Source: a virus. Taken from it: a stretch of 64,000 nt of DNA. The notes beneath the pieces are model-generated. The model worked only from the letters and a program-made list of their open reading frames with translations, did no database searches and was not told the origin of the DNA. Where the stretch lies: the IMG/VR virus record IMGVR_UViG_3300028392_000050, positions 23,294-87,293 of that record; one strand, 5' to 3'. Shown one piece after another: positions 55,440 to 64,000 of the stretch. The position numbers and the translations under genes were made by a program. Positions within the stretch are counted from its first letter, which is position 1. Every line of letters starts with the position of its first letter.

Positions 55440-57675
55440 TACAGTTAATGTTACTAAAAGGTATATTCCGCAAATTGACTATGTCTCACGCGACTATACG
55501 GCAATTTTAGCGGATTTAACCGCTATTGCTAAGCAATTCAACCCTACCTGGTCTGTTAGCGACCCTACTGATATTGGTGTTGCGCTACTAGAAACTTTTG
55601 CCTATTTGGGAGACATCCTAAGTTTTTACACCGACCGTATGGCTTCAGAGGGTTTTCTAGGAACTGCTAGCCAACGTTCTAGCGTTTTGCAAATTGCATC
55701 TATGCTGGGATACACGCCTACCCCAAGCAGCGCGGCTAAGGTATCTTTGTCTATTACAAACAACAACACTAGCGGTACATTAACTATCCCAGCTGGTACT
55801 CAAGTTGCTTCTACCACAACTGTAGATGGGCAAAATACTCAAGTAATATTTGAGCTTGACTCTGATGTCTCAGTGGGCTTTGGCTCATCCGTTACTACGA
55901 CTGCTACTCAAGGAGTTACTACAACTGATGAATCTTTAGGCACATCTGATGGTACTCCAAGTCAGGTATTTAAGATTGCGCAAACTAACGTTGTAATCAA
56001 CAGTACCGGTAGTAATATCCTTGTTAAAGTCGGCGGTGTTCAATATACCTATAGTTCTTCTCTCGTAGACAACAACCTATATGATTCAGTGTTTACTACC
56101 ACTATGGATGCTGAAGGTTACACTTACATTGTATTTGGAGATGGAGTCGGTGGTCGTATTCCACCTGCAACTTATTCAATCACTGTTACTTATCGTGTAG
56201 GCGTGGGCTCTGCTGGAAATATTGCAGATAAATCACTATCTCCTAATACCCTTACCGGAAACTATAACGTCACTATAGCCCAGGTTGGCGCAGGCAGTGG
56301 AGGAGCTGACGCCGAATCTACGGACTCTATTAGAATTAACGCGCCTAGAGCACTTCGTACATTGCGTAGAGCAGTTTCACTTAAAGACTATGCTTACCTA
56401 GCTTTACAGGTATCTGGAGTATCAAAGGCTAACTCTGACGCTTCAGTATGGTCAAATGTTAACCTTTACATTGCTCCATTTGGAAGCAGTGCTGTAAATA
56501 CCTATGGGCCGTTTACAAACATTACTGCTATAAATGAGACAGCAATTGATAGCACAGCAGGTACTGGATATTTAACTTACACTATTGCAACTACCGGACT
56601 GGTAGCTAATCAAAGCTACGTTACTGTTTCTGGTTGCACCTTTGCTACCTATGATATAAATACCCCTACATTAGTTACTTACGCTAGCAACTCAAAGTTT
56701 ACTGTAGCTAAACCTTCTGGACTAACTACCCTTCCTGGAGTCGTTGGTTTAGTAAGTCCTGGAACAAATGCTACGGTTAAAGTTACTGGCGGCAATACTG
56801 ATGCGTTTAACACACTGCAGTCTAACGTTGTTAATTACTTCGTAGATAAAGTTGCACCAAACGTATCTTTGAACGTTCAGCCGCCTGTCTATGTTCCTGT
56901 AGACCTAAATCTTACTTTGCACGTACTACCGCAATACAACCAGACTGCTGTAGTTACTCAAGTACAAAATGCCTTATCAAATCTAGTCTCTTACAGTAAC
57001 TCTTTCTTTGCAGATAGAATCCCGCCTCATTTTATTTTAAATTCTATAACTAACATTGATGGCGTTGATTACGCAACAGTTGACCACTTACGCAGATTAT
57101 CTAATGAACAGCGGTACTGGGTTTATTACTACACTAGAACTGCCGGAACTGCTACTCTTACTTTTCCTAATGTTCACAATATTAATGCCGGACAGTCTGT
57201 AACAATTTATAAAGTAGCGGGATTTGATGGAACATACGCAGTAAACTCTGTGACAAGTAACTCAATTACTATCACTGTTCCTACAGGAACTGCTACTCCT
57301 ACTGGAGTGACTACTAACGCTAGCTCGCCTTCTGGAGCAGCTGTAATAAATATAGCTACCCCTGCTTCTAAAAATATTGCTGTAGGCATGTACGTTACCG
57401 GAACCAACGTCCCTAGCGAAACATATAACCCTGCAGTAGTTACTGCTGTAAACGCTAGCTCTATAACTATTTCCGTAAATATTGGTACCACCATCACTAG
57501 CGGAACTGCTCTTTCATTTAGCTGGCCTCCGACTACGTATGCTAACCTAGCATCAGTTACTGCCGTAGATTCAACTACCTCTAACGGAGTCACTACCTAT
57601 GGAATCATTTGTGCTGCTAATGAGATTCCTGTTAAAAATACTTTTACTATCACCGCTATTGGCGGACTTCAATAA
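55432..57675 (+). CDS. baseplate J/gp6-like wedge protein
   Basis: DY.SRDY; D.G.ALLE.FAY.GD.L; FGDG..G.IP; GGAD.ES; RAV...DY. Confidence 0.9.
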   Translation: MADTVNVTKRYIPQIDYVSRDYTAILADLTAIAKQFNPTWSVSDPTDIGVALLETFAYLGDILSFYTDRMASEGFLGTASQRSSVLQIASMLGYTPTPSSAAKVSLSITNNNTSGTLTIPAGTQVASTTTVDGQNTQVIFELDSDVSVGFGSSVTTTATQGVTTTDESLGTSDGTPSQVFKIAQTNVVINSTGSNILVKVGGVQYTYSSSLVDNNLYDSVFTTTMDAEGYTYIVFGDGVGGRIPPATYSITVTYRVGVGSAGNIADKSLSPNTLTGNYNVTIAQVGAGSGGADAESTDSIRINAPRALRTLRRAVSLKDYAYLALQVSGVSKANSDASVWSNVNLYIAPFGSSAVNTYGPFTNITAINETAIDSTAGTGYLTYTIATTGLVANQSYVTVSGCTFATYDINTPTLVTYASNSKFTVAKPSGLTTLPGVVGLVSPGTNATVKVTGGNTDAFNTLQSNVVNYFVDKVAPNVSLNVQPPVYVPVDLNLTLHVLPQYNQTAVVTQVQNALSNLVSYSNSFFADRIPPHFILNSITNIDGVDYATVDHLRRLSNEQRYWVYYYTRTAGTATLTFPNVHNINAGQSVTIYKVAGFDGTYAVNSVTSNSITITVPTGTATPTGVTTNASSPSGAAVINIATPASKNIAVGMYVTGTNVPSETYNPAVVTAVNASSITISVNIGTTITSGTALSFSWPPTTYANLASVTAVDSTTSNGVTTYGIICAANEIPVKNTFTITAIGGLQ

Positions 57676-57689
57676 AGGAGAATAAATAA

Positions 57690-58403
57690 ATGGCAACTTA
57701 TCCAACTGGAACAAAAACTTACACCGATAAAACAGATGGTGTGGATACGGTATTAGCTGCTGATATTAACAGCGTTCAGGCTGAAATAACAGCAATTGAA
57801 ACTGAATTAGGTACTAACCCTAGAACTACAGCGCTTCCATCAGGTGCGGGTACGTACAACGGCTCTCCGACATTTACAACAGTAGCAGATAGAATTAAAA
57901 ACCTTGAAGCTGCAGTGTCTGGTGATGATACAGTCGGTACTCGTGTTGGTTATACTTTGCTATACAGCGGTAACTTTACATCAGCCCCGGGAGCTTTGTC
58001 GGTAAATGGGGTAGGATACTTTAAATTTGTAGTTGTTGTAAGAGTAACTACCCCTGGAAGTTCCGGTTCTATAACTGTAAACGTAAACAGCGCTACAACA
58101 GTTAAATATGGCTACTTTACTTACACTACTGGAGTTCCTACAGCTGGTGGCGGAAGTTTAGCTGGTGGAGCTTTTCCTATTAGTAATGGAGTTGCCCCAG
58201 CTGCAAATGACACTATAACTGCTGAAATTTTTAACGTAAATGGTACTGGAGCTAAAACAGCTACTTGGGTAAATGGTACCGGTTTTGGTTCAGGAATTGC
58301 TACGGCCGGTGGAACAGTTACTAACTCGATAAGCAGTATTACATTAGCAGCAGTTACAGCGTATCCTACATCAGCTACTTATTCAATCTATGGTGTTAAG
58401 TAA
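57690..58403 (+). CDS. tail fibre/baseplate-associated protein
   Basis: D.V.A.D.N..Q.EI.AIE..LG.NP; C-terminal IYGV. Confidence 0.7.
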   Translation: MATYPTGTKTYTDKTDGVDTVLAADINSVQAEITAIETELGTNPRTTALPSGAGTYNGSPTFTTVADRIKNLEAAVSGDDTVGTRVGYTLLYSGNFTSAPGALSVNGVGYFKFVVVVRVTTPGSSGSITVNVNSATTVKYGYFTYTTGVPTAGGGSLAGGAFPISNGVAPAANDTITAEIFNVNGTGAKTATWVNGTGFGSGIATAGGTVTNSISSITLAAVTAYPTSATYSIYGVK

Positions 58404-58414
58404 TAGGTAAATAA

Positions 58415-61039
58415 ATGACAGTATATGGTTCCAAGCCCTATGGAAGCTTTAAATACGGTGTAGCTTCTACCACTGATATAAGCATATACCCGTTTACTGC
58501 TCAGTCTTTAGACTATGGAACTATTAAGTTATCTTGGGTATATCCTACCGCAACTGCCGTTTTTACTAACTTTATAATAGTAAGAAATCCTTTAGGTTTT
58601 CCTATTACACCTGATGGCGGAGATTTAATCTATAAATCAGATAAGACTACTCTTACAACAGCCGGTCCCGGTAGCACAAGTTTATTAGGAACTACCGCGA
58701 CTTTAACTGACATTGGTTCTTTTTATGACCCAATTACTGGTGCTGCTACCCCTACTTATACTGCCACAACCACTTCCGGTACGAATGGAAGTAATTTTAT
58801 AACCCTTATATCTCTTAACTCAAATATAAAAGTTGGGCAGTCAGTAACCTATACTCCTTCGGGATACCTGACTGGAGCTAACTCTGGTAGCGGTATTGTC
58901 GGAGGAACTACCGTAACTGCTATTAATAATACTACTAAAACTTTGACGTTAAGTAATGCCGCAGCTATTCCAGAAAATACGGTTTTAAAGTTTACTCCTA
59001 CCCGGTTAACTCCTGGAAAAGTTTACTACTATTCTGCATTTGTATTGTCTAATAGCTTCTGGGTTCGTGTAGGAACCGCCTTGGGCACAGCTGTTAAAAA
59101 CTATAACACGGCTGATGTTATGTATAACTCATTGCCTCAAATCTATAAGAATGCATCATCTGTATACGATAACAATAGAAATAATGATTTATATAATTTC
59201 TTGAGAATTATCGGTATTGAGTATGATCTATTAAAAACAAAAATTGAAAATGCTAAAAATAGATACGATGTCTTAAACCTTAATGGAAAGCTACTTCCTG
59301 CACTTATGGACCAGATGGGGTTGTCTTATGAAAGCGGTCTTGGAGTTCAGCAAGGTAAAAGGTTAGTAAATAACGCTGACTACATCTACTTAAATAAAGG
59401 AACAAACCAGGGCTTAAAGCAATTTGTAAAATCTTTTACTGGGTATCCAGCAACAATTGCCCCTTTTACAAATCTTTTTCTAACTCTTGATTGTTCATCT
59501 TTTGAGGTATCAACTGGTTTTTGGGCGGCTAGAGGTACTGCAATTTTTATTGAAAAAACCACTGCGGCTATTGAGGGGGGAGCACCAACTCCTTACGCAG
59601 AAAGCAACTCCCCTACGAGCTACCCTAATAGTCAATTAGGTTATTTAAAAGCATCTGCAACCTCAGTAGCCACTGGGTCTAACTATATATTTAGATATGG
59701 CGTATCACCGGATACTCTGACTATTTCTACTTTTAGCTCAAATGATTCTACAGCAGGTTACTCTTACATCACACTAACTACCGATAAAGACCATGGATTA
59801 ATTGTAGGAGATACCGTAGTAGTTCAAGGAATGACCCCTATTTACATAAATGGTGTTTGGGATATTATTGCTACCCCTGATTCTAGGTCTTTTACTTTTT
59901 ATAACCCTTCTGCTACTACTAGTTTAACTATTTATGGCCCTGGTTCGGTAAATGCATATAACCCAGTACTTTATGGGATACCAGTTACTCCCGGAACAGC
60001 CTACACTTTTAGTATATATAGTAGCGCAAAAACTACTCTTAGAAGCATATCTGTTGGTGTCCTTTGGCATGACAAGTTGGGTAATTCAGTAGCAGGGACT
60101 ACCGTATCTTCCGCTAATAACGCAGTAGCTGCTTGGACTAGAATAATTGATGCTAATAGAATTGCACCGGATTACGCTGTATATGCTGTTCCTTATGTAA
60201 GAATAAACTCCCCTGCAAATAGCGAGGTTCATTATTTTGATGCTGCGCAATTTGAAGCCTCGGCAACAGCAACTACTTATAAAGATTCTAGACGAGTGGA
60301 CGTTTACTTAAACGCCCCTAGAGTTAATGAAATTATTAATCCTGGGTTTGAATTAGATACCGCTAACTGGTCAACTACAGGTACTAGCGCATTTGCCACA
60401 GATAGCACTGCTGGTAATGTGTACCCTACTATCGCGGTTGGTTTAGGCACAGCAGTTAGTGCAAATTCAGCTAAACTTACAGCTAATTCTACTTCTACAA
60501 CGCTTACGCCAAGCAGTACAATTGCAGTTACTGCGGGTATTCCGTATGCAATTAGCGCTTATATTAAAGCTGCGGGAACTAACACCGCCACTATAACTGT
60601 TGTTTGGAAAAATGCTGGCGGAACCACTTTACAAACAGACACTAGTTCAACAGTTACACTATCTACGTCATTTACTAGGGTTTCACTTACCCCAGTGACA
60701 GGCAGTGCTACTCAAATGTATGCCCCGGCAACTGCGGCTACTGCAACTATTACGTTTACAATTACTGGTGCAAATGGCAATGTCTATTATGTCGATTCTA
60801 TTTTGTTTGAGGCATCAGCATCTGTAAACCCTTATTTTGATGGCGGAACAGGCTACAACGTAACTGATGATTTAATTTGGGAGCAAAATGCGGCTGGAAC
60901 TAAGGGAACAGCTAGTACAGGAAGAAGCCTTTACTATCCTAACAGACTAGTTACTCAAAGCCGTTTAAAGACCGTATTATCGGAATATTTACCAATTGGT
61001 ACAAACTATGCGGCAGTTATTGGTAAAACTATTGCTTGA
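58415..61039 (+). CDS. baseplate wedge (gpI-like) with carbohydrate-binding-like modules
   Basis: LP.IY; KGT..GL; I.NPGFE...W; YFDG. Confidence 0.75.
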   Translation: MTVYGSKPYGSFKYGVASTTDISIYPFTAQSLDYGTIKLSWVYPTATAVFTNFIIVRNPLGFPITPDGGDLIYKSDKTTLTTAGPGSTSLLGTTATLTDIGSFYDPITGAATPTYTATTTSGTNGSNFITLISLNSNIKVGQSVTYTPSGYLTGANSGSGIVGGTTVTAINNTTKTLTLSNAAAIPENTVLKFTPTRLTPGKVYYYSAFVLSNSFWVRVGTALGTAVKNYNTADVMYNSLPQIYKNASSVYDNNRNNDLYNFLRIIGIEYDLLKTKIENAKNRYDVLNLNGKLLPALMDQMGLSYESGLGVQQGKRLVNNADYIYLNKGTNQGLKQFVKSFTGYPATIAPFTNLFLTLDCSSFEVSTGFWAARGTAIFIEKTTAAIEGGAPTPYAESNSPTSYPNSQLGYLKASATSVATGSNYIFRYGVSPDTLTISTFSSNDSTAGYSYITLTTDKDHGLIVGDTVVVQGMTPIYINGVWDIIATPDSRSFTFYNPSATTSLTIYGPGSVNAYNPVLYGIPVTPGTAYTFSIYSSAKTTLRSISVGVLWHDKLGNSVAGTTVSSANNAVAAWTRIIDANRIAPDYAVYAVPYVRINSPANSEVHYFDAAQFEASATATTYKDSRRVDVYLNAPRVNEIINPGFELDTANWSTTGTSAFATDSTAGNVYPTIAVGLGTAVSANSAKLTANSTSTTLTPSSTIAVTAGIPYAISAYIKAAGTNTATITVVWKNAGGTTLQTDTSSTVTLSTSFTRVSLTPVTGSATQMYAPATAATATITFTITGANGNVYYVDSILFEASASVNPYFDGGTGYNVTDDLIWEQNAAGTKGTASTGRSLYYPNRLVTQSRLKTVLSEYLPIGTNYAAVIGKTIA

Positions 61040-61063
61040 CGCCATTTAGTTTTTGTGTATACT
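61036..61063 (+). promoter_or_regulatory. sigma70/SigA-type promoter of the replication module
   Basis: TTGACG-16 nt-TATACT with extended TG. Confidence 0.7.
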
Positions 61064-61089
61064 AATACTTCCGTCACTAGGAGGTAAAC

Positions 61090-61695
61090 ATGAGACGAGT
61101 AACCATAGCGGTTATAGGTAACGCAAAAACAACACGAGCCAATGTAGAGGCTCTGATTAGCGATGTAGTAGATTCAGTTGATGAAGCTATCATCGCCACA
61201 GTATACGACCAGACCCAATCTGATGGGATTATCTGGGCTGAACAATGGGCTGCCGACAAAGGCATTCCAGTACTCCAATACTCTGATAATAACTATGATG
61301 CGCTATTTGCAGAAAATGCAAAAGAAGACATTAAGTTCTTTATGCTTTGGAGCGACGAAGACACGGAATGTCAATTAGCGGCATCTAAGGCACAAGAGGC
61401 TAAGGTTTTAGCATACGACCTTACTGATGGTCTAATCCTTATCCCACTAAACTCCGAACCAATAGTACGCCCAGTAGCCGCCGTAATACCTGAAGCGGAA
61501 ACAGTACCGCCTACTATCATTGCCCCTACGATTGAAGTGCAGACTGATGTCGAGGACTTTGAAGAAGTAGAAGACACTATCGACTATGATAGCGAGTACG
61601 ACCTAGAAGAAAATCTAGTTGTACTAGTATCTGAGATGGGTAAGATTTTTGCCCGCTCATTTGCTAAAGAATTTAAGCGCATCATTAAGGAGTAG
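61090..61695 (+). CDS. hypothetical protein (Rossmann-like N-terminus, acidic tail)
   Basis: AGGAGG RBS. Confidence 0.75.
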   Translation: MRRVTIAVIGNAKTTRANVEALISDVVDSVDEAIIATVYDQTQSDGIIWAEQWAADKGIPVLQYSDNNYDALFAENAKEDIKFFMLWSDEDTECQLAASKAQEAKVLAYDLTDGLILIPLNSEPIVRPVAAVIPEAETVPPTIIAPTIEVQTDVEDFEEVEDTIDYDSEYDLEENLVVLVSEMGKIFARSFAKEFKRIIKE

Positions 61696-61696
61696 C

Positions 61697-62569
61697 ATGT
61701 CTATAAACCTTAGTAGGCAGGCACAGGACTGCTTGGCTTTCCTATACCTAAATCCTACAATTACAATAAATCACCGTACCCTAATGGAATACAAAAGCTT
61801 AAGCAGACGTAAAAGCTTATCTGTACTGCAGGAACTACGAGACGCAAATTGCATCAAAATGACCCGCCTAGTTGGTGGCGGAACTAAAACTAAAGTGGTA
61901 ATGTCAGACGTGACCAAAATGGTATTGTCTGGATACAACCATATAGCAGTACAGCTAGTAAGCAGTATTTCTAATAGCAGTACAGCTAGTACTACTAATA
62001 TAGCTACAAATAAATTCCTCGACGAGGTCGAGGGGAAGGAAAAACAAGTGGGTTATGAGTTCTTTGAAAAGACTTCGTCTCCGGATAACGATGAGCTGGC
62101 TGACCGCGCAAAGCACGCGGCTAAAAAGAAAGCTGAGTACGCTGATGTTAGGGAAGCAAAGGCGCAGCGTCGTAAAGACCTGCACCGCTCAAAGATTGCT
62201 CCGTCAGATTGGACGTGCAAAGACGTTGCATACGAATTTGGAGACCGCATGGCCGACATCTGGTCCATCAAACCATTCAGTGTTACTCAGTCCCGGTTTG
62301 TACAGGCACTCTCGGTATTCCGGAAACAACATGATACGAACGGTGAAGTTGAGCTCAAACTTATCGAGTTATTCTTCAATACCCTCAAATCCGAGAAATA
62401 CACAGATGGAAACCACCTTTGGCGAGCTTTCCTCTACAGAGCCCCCAGTTTGCTAACCCAGGCTCGTGAGAGTATTATCACGGTAGAGCAGATGGAAACT
62501 AACATCATTCGTGACCAAGAACTAACCAGCCGTAAGCTTGCTCTGCTAGACGAGGATGAAAATGTATAA
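61697..62569 (+). CDS. putative replication initiator (N-terminal winged HTH)
   Basis: AAGGAG RBS at MSINL; HTH-like LSRRK...LQELRDA; upstream of DnaC-like gene; internal direct repeats. Confidence 0.6.
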   Translation: MSINLSRQAQDCLAFLYLNPTITINHRTLMEYKSLSRRKSLSVLQELRDANCIKMTRLVGGGTKTKVVMSDVTKMVLSGYNHIAVQLVSSISNSSTASTTNIATNKFLDEVEGKEKQVGYEFFEKTSSPDNDELADRAKHAAKKKAEYADVREAKAQRRKDLHRSKIAPSDWTCKDVAYEFGDRMADIWSIKPFSVTQSRFVQALSVFRKQHDTNGEVELKLIELFFNTLKSEKYTDGNHLWRAFLYRAPSLLTQARESIITVEQMETNIIRDQELTSRKLALLDEDENV

Positions 62570-63248
62570 ACCAAACGATTTGCCGGCCCGTAGACGGACT
62601 TGGGTAAAGATTGCTAGTATTCCCCCAGCCAAGCTTGGATGGACCCTTGAGGACTGTTCTGACGTCTCTGCGGATGTAATGACGGCTGTCACTAAGTGGG
62701 TTTCTGCAGTCAATTCCGATAGGGTCATCAGAGCCGAGGGAAAGCAGACTTGCGGGCTTGGCCTAATGTTGTACGGTCTTCCAGGTCGCGGCAAGACTAC
62801 TATGGCTAATACCCTGATTCAGGAAATCTTGCGTAAAGCCGGTCCTGAGACTCTAGGTATGACCCCAGGTAAAACAGTTTCTCGCCCAGCCTATTTCATC
62901 ACTTACAACGCATTGCTTGACCTTAAGGGAGCAATCATAGATGAGCATGACAATGATGACGAGTTGCTTTACAACGGTATTCTTGGCGAGGCTTATGATG
63001 ACGCTTACAACGTTCGAGTTCTAGTCCTAGATGACGTAGGAAAAGAACACGCAAGCGCATCTGGTTGGCAGAAGAATATGCTTCATCACGTTCTTCGCAC
63101 CAGATTTAACAATGGGTTGCCTACAATAGTAACTACTAACATCAAGATGGACGACTGGGAGGCTCACTACGGGTCTGCTACGCAGTCATTTGTTCACGAA
63201 GCTTTTATCTACGTGAACATGGATTCATCGTCTGATTTGAGGAAATAA
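62562..63248 (+). CDS. DnaC/IstB-like helicase loader ATPase
   Basis: GLPGRGKT; LVLDDVGKE; R...LPTIVTTN. Confidence 0.88.
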   Translation: MYKPNDLPARRRTWVKIASIPPAKLGWTLEDCSDVSADVMTAVTKWVSAVNSDRVIRAEGKQTCGLGLMLYGLPGRGKTTMANTLIQEILRKAGPETLGMTPGKTVSRPAYFITYNALLDLKGAIIDEHDNDDELLYNGILGEAYDDAYNVRVLVLDDVGKEHASASGWQKNMLHHVLRTRFNNGLPTIVTTNIKMDDWEAHYGSATQSFVHEAFIYVNMDSSSDLRK

Positions 63249-63556
63249 TGACTGATAAAAGACTATTGCAGGTTTTTTTAACAAATCTTTCAGACCGAGC
63301 AGATAGCCCTGGTCCAGGAATATTTGAGGTAAGCAGCGATAAGAATAAAAACTTAATTTGCACTTGCCCTGGGTTTGCATCAAAAAATAGTTGTAAGCAT
63401 ACTGCGTTAATTGAAAGTAGAATCGAAAGAAATAACGGCGTTTATCAGTTTGACTTTTCCAGTAAAGTAACTAAAGAAGAATTAGCTACCGCCATGCTTT
63501 CAGAACAAACTTTTAGAGAGCTTGTTCTAAAGCACGGCAAGGTTGAGGTTTACTAA
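63248..63556 (+). CDS. SWIM zinc-finger protein
   Basis: CTCPGF....CKH. Confidence 0.8.
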   Translation: MTDKRLLQVFLTNLSDRADSPGPGIFEVSSDKNKNLICTCPGFASKNSCKHTALIESRIERNNGVYQFDFSSKVTKEELATAMLSEQTFRELVLKHGKVEVY

Positions 63557-63963
63557 TGCAGGGTAATGATATTAGCAATTCTTTGCCACAGCGGGTTATA
63601 GTAACTGCTGATGTTATTACCGATGTTTACGAAGACAATAAAAAAGTTCTAGGATTTATACCAGTTAAAAATAAACGTAAGGAATACAACAGAATGGTCC
63701 TTAGCCATCTGTATATGACTTCACTTAAACGCGGTATTACAATGGAGCTTATTAGCTTTACCCACTCTGAAGATGAGATGGTAGAGTTAATGCTTCATTT
63801 AGACAAAGTTGGAACGAACCCGTTTCGCTACGGCTCGTCTTACAAATCGGTTGAGAAGTTAGTTAAAGAACTACCTTATCGACCAGAGGTTATCGGTGTA
63901 ATTGATATCCCATCGCGACTACTTCGGTATGGTCGATGGGGGATGGACTTTCCTTCATTATGA
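63556..63963 (+). CDS. hypothetical protein (degenerate HAD-like)
   Basis: TAATG overlap; located in the replication module. Confidence 0.7.
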   Translation: MQGNDISNSLPQRVIVTADVITDVYEDNKKVLGFIPVKNKRKEYNRMVLSHLYMTSLKRGITMELISFTHSEDEMVELMLHLDKVGTNPFRYGSSYKSVEKLVKELPYRPEVIGVIDIPSRLLRYGRWGMDFPSL

Positions 63964-64000
63964 GTACAGAAACAAAACTAATTGGTGCGGCCATTCGTGT
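63960..64000 (+). CDS. 5' end of the next gene (truncated; possibly a DnaB-like helicase)
   Basis: ATGA overlap; MSTETKLIGAAIR; function guessed from context only. Confidence 0.4.
   Translation, partial: MSTETKLIGAAIR

Noticed and set aside
556-62794. - strand ORFs opposite the + strand operons (e.g. 6031-6396, 30004-30504, 31014-31469, 46330-46761, 57207-57593)
   Set aside because: Antisense shadows of recognisable genes, with no RBS or motifs
1-64000. tRNA, rRNA, integrase, endolysin, intron or intein
   Set aside because: No cloverleaf or such motifs noticed by eye; nrdJ and terL are uninterrupted; tRNAscan-SE and Infernal would be needed to exclude RNA genes formally
1-64000. Stop-codon reassignment
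   Set aside because: Long genes are intact under the standard code, and TAA, TAG and TGA all end genes

Overview
A 64-kb segment of a large lytic myovirus (contractile-tail dsDNA phage). The host is probably an actinobacterium, inferred from the Bxz1/N4-gp56-type capsid-portal-terminase set and TAnnnT-type -10 boxes. The window has four parts. (1) 1-7.9 kb, + strand: small basic ORFs, a nucleotidyltransferase, a HAD-like protein, a TGT-like/Zn protein and a class II ribonucleotide reductase. (2) 8.1-23.6 kb, - strand: an early/host-takeover region with a prepilin peptidase, two XRE regulators, a MoxR AAA+/vWA pair, two Ocr-like DNA mimics and many small acidic ORFs. (3) 24-61 kb, + strand: virion morphogenesis genes (terminase, portal, scaffold, capsid, neck, sheath, tube, chaperone with a candidate +1 frameshift, tape measure, baseplate). 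(4) 61-64 kb: a replication module. The most striking feature is non-coding. Between 14 and 24 kb, early genes sit in repeated cassettes read on the - strand as terminator, then a 63-95 bp palindrome with invariant CCAACTCAACAA arms, then phased 11-bp GTTCAYC repeats matching the actinobacterial PHO box, then a -10 box, a leader hairpin and a conserved RBS. These cassettes also concentrate GATC sites that the rest of the window appears to avoid. All family calls come from motif recognition by eye, not from database searches.
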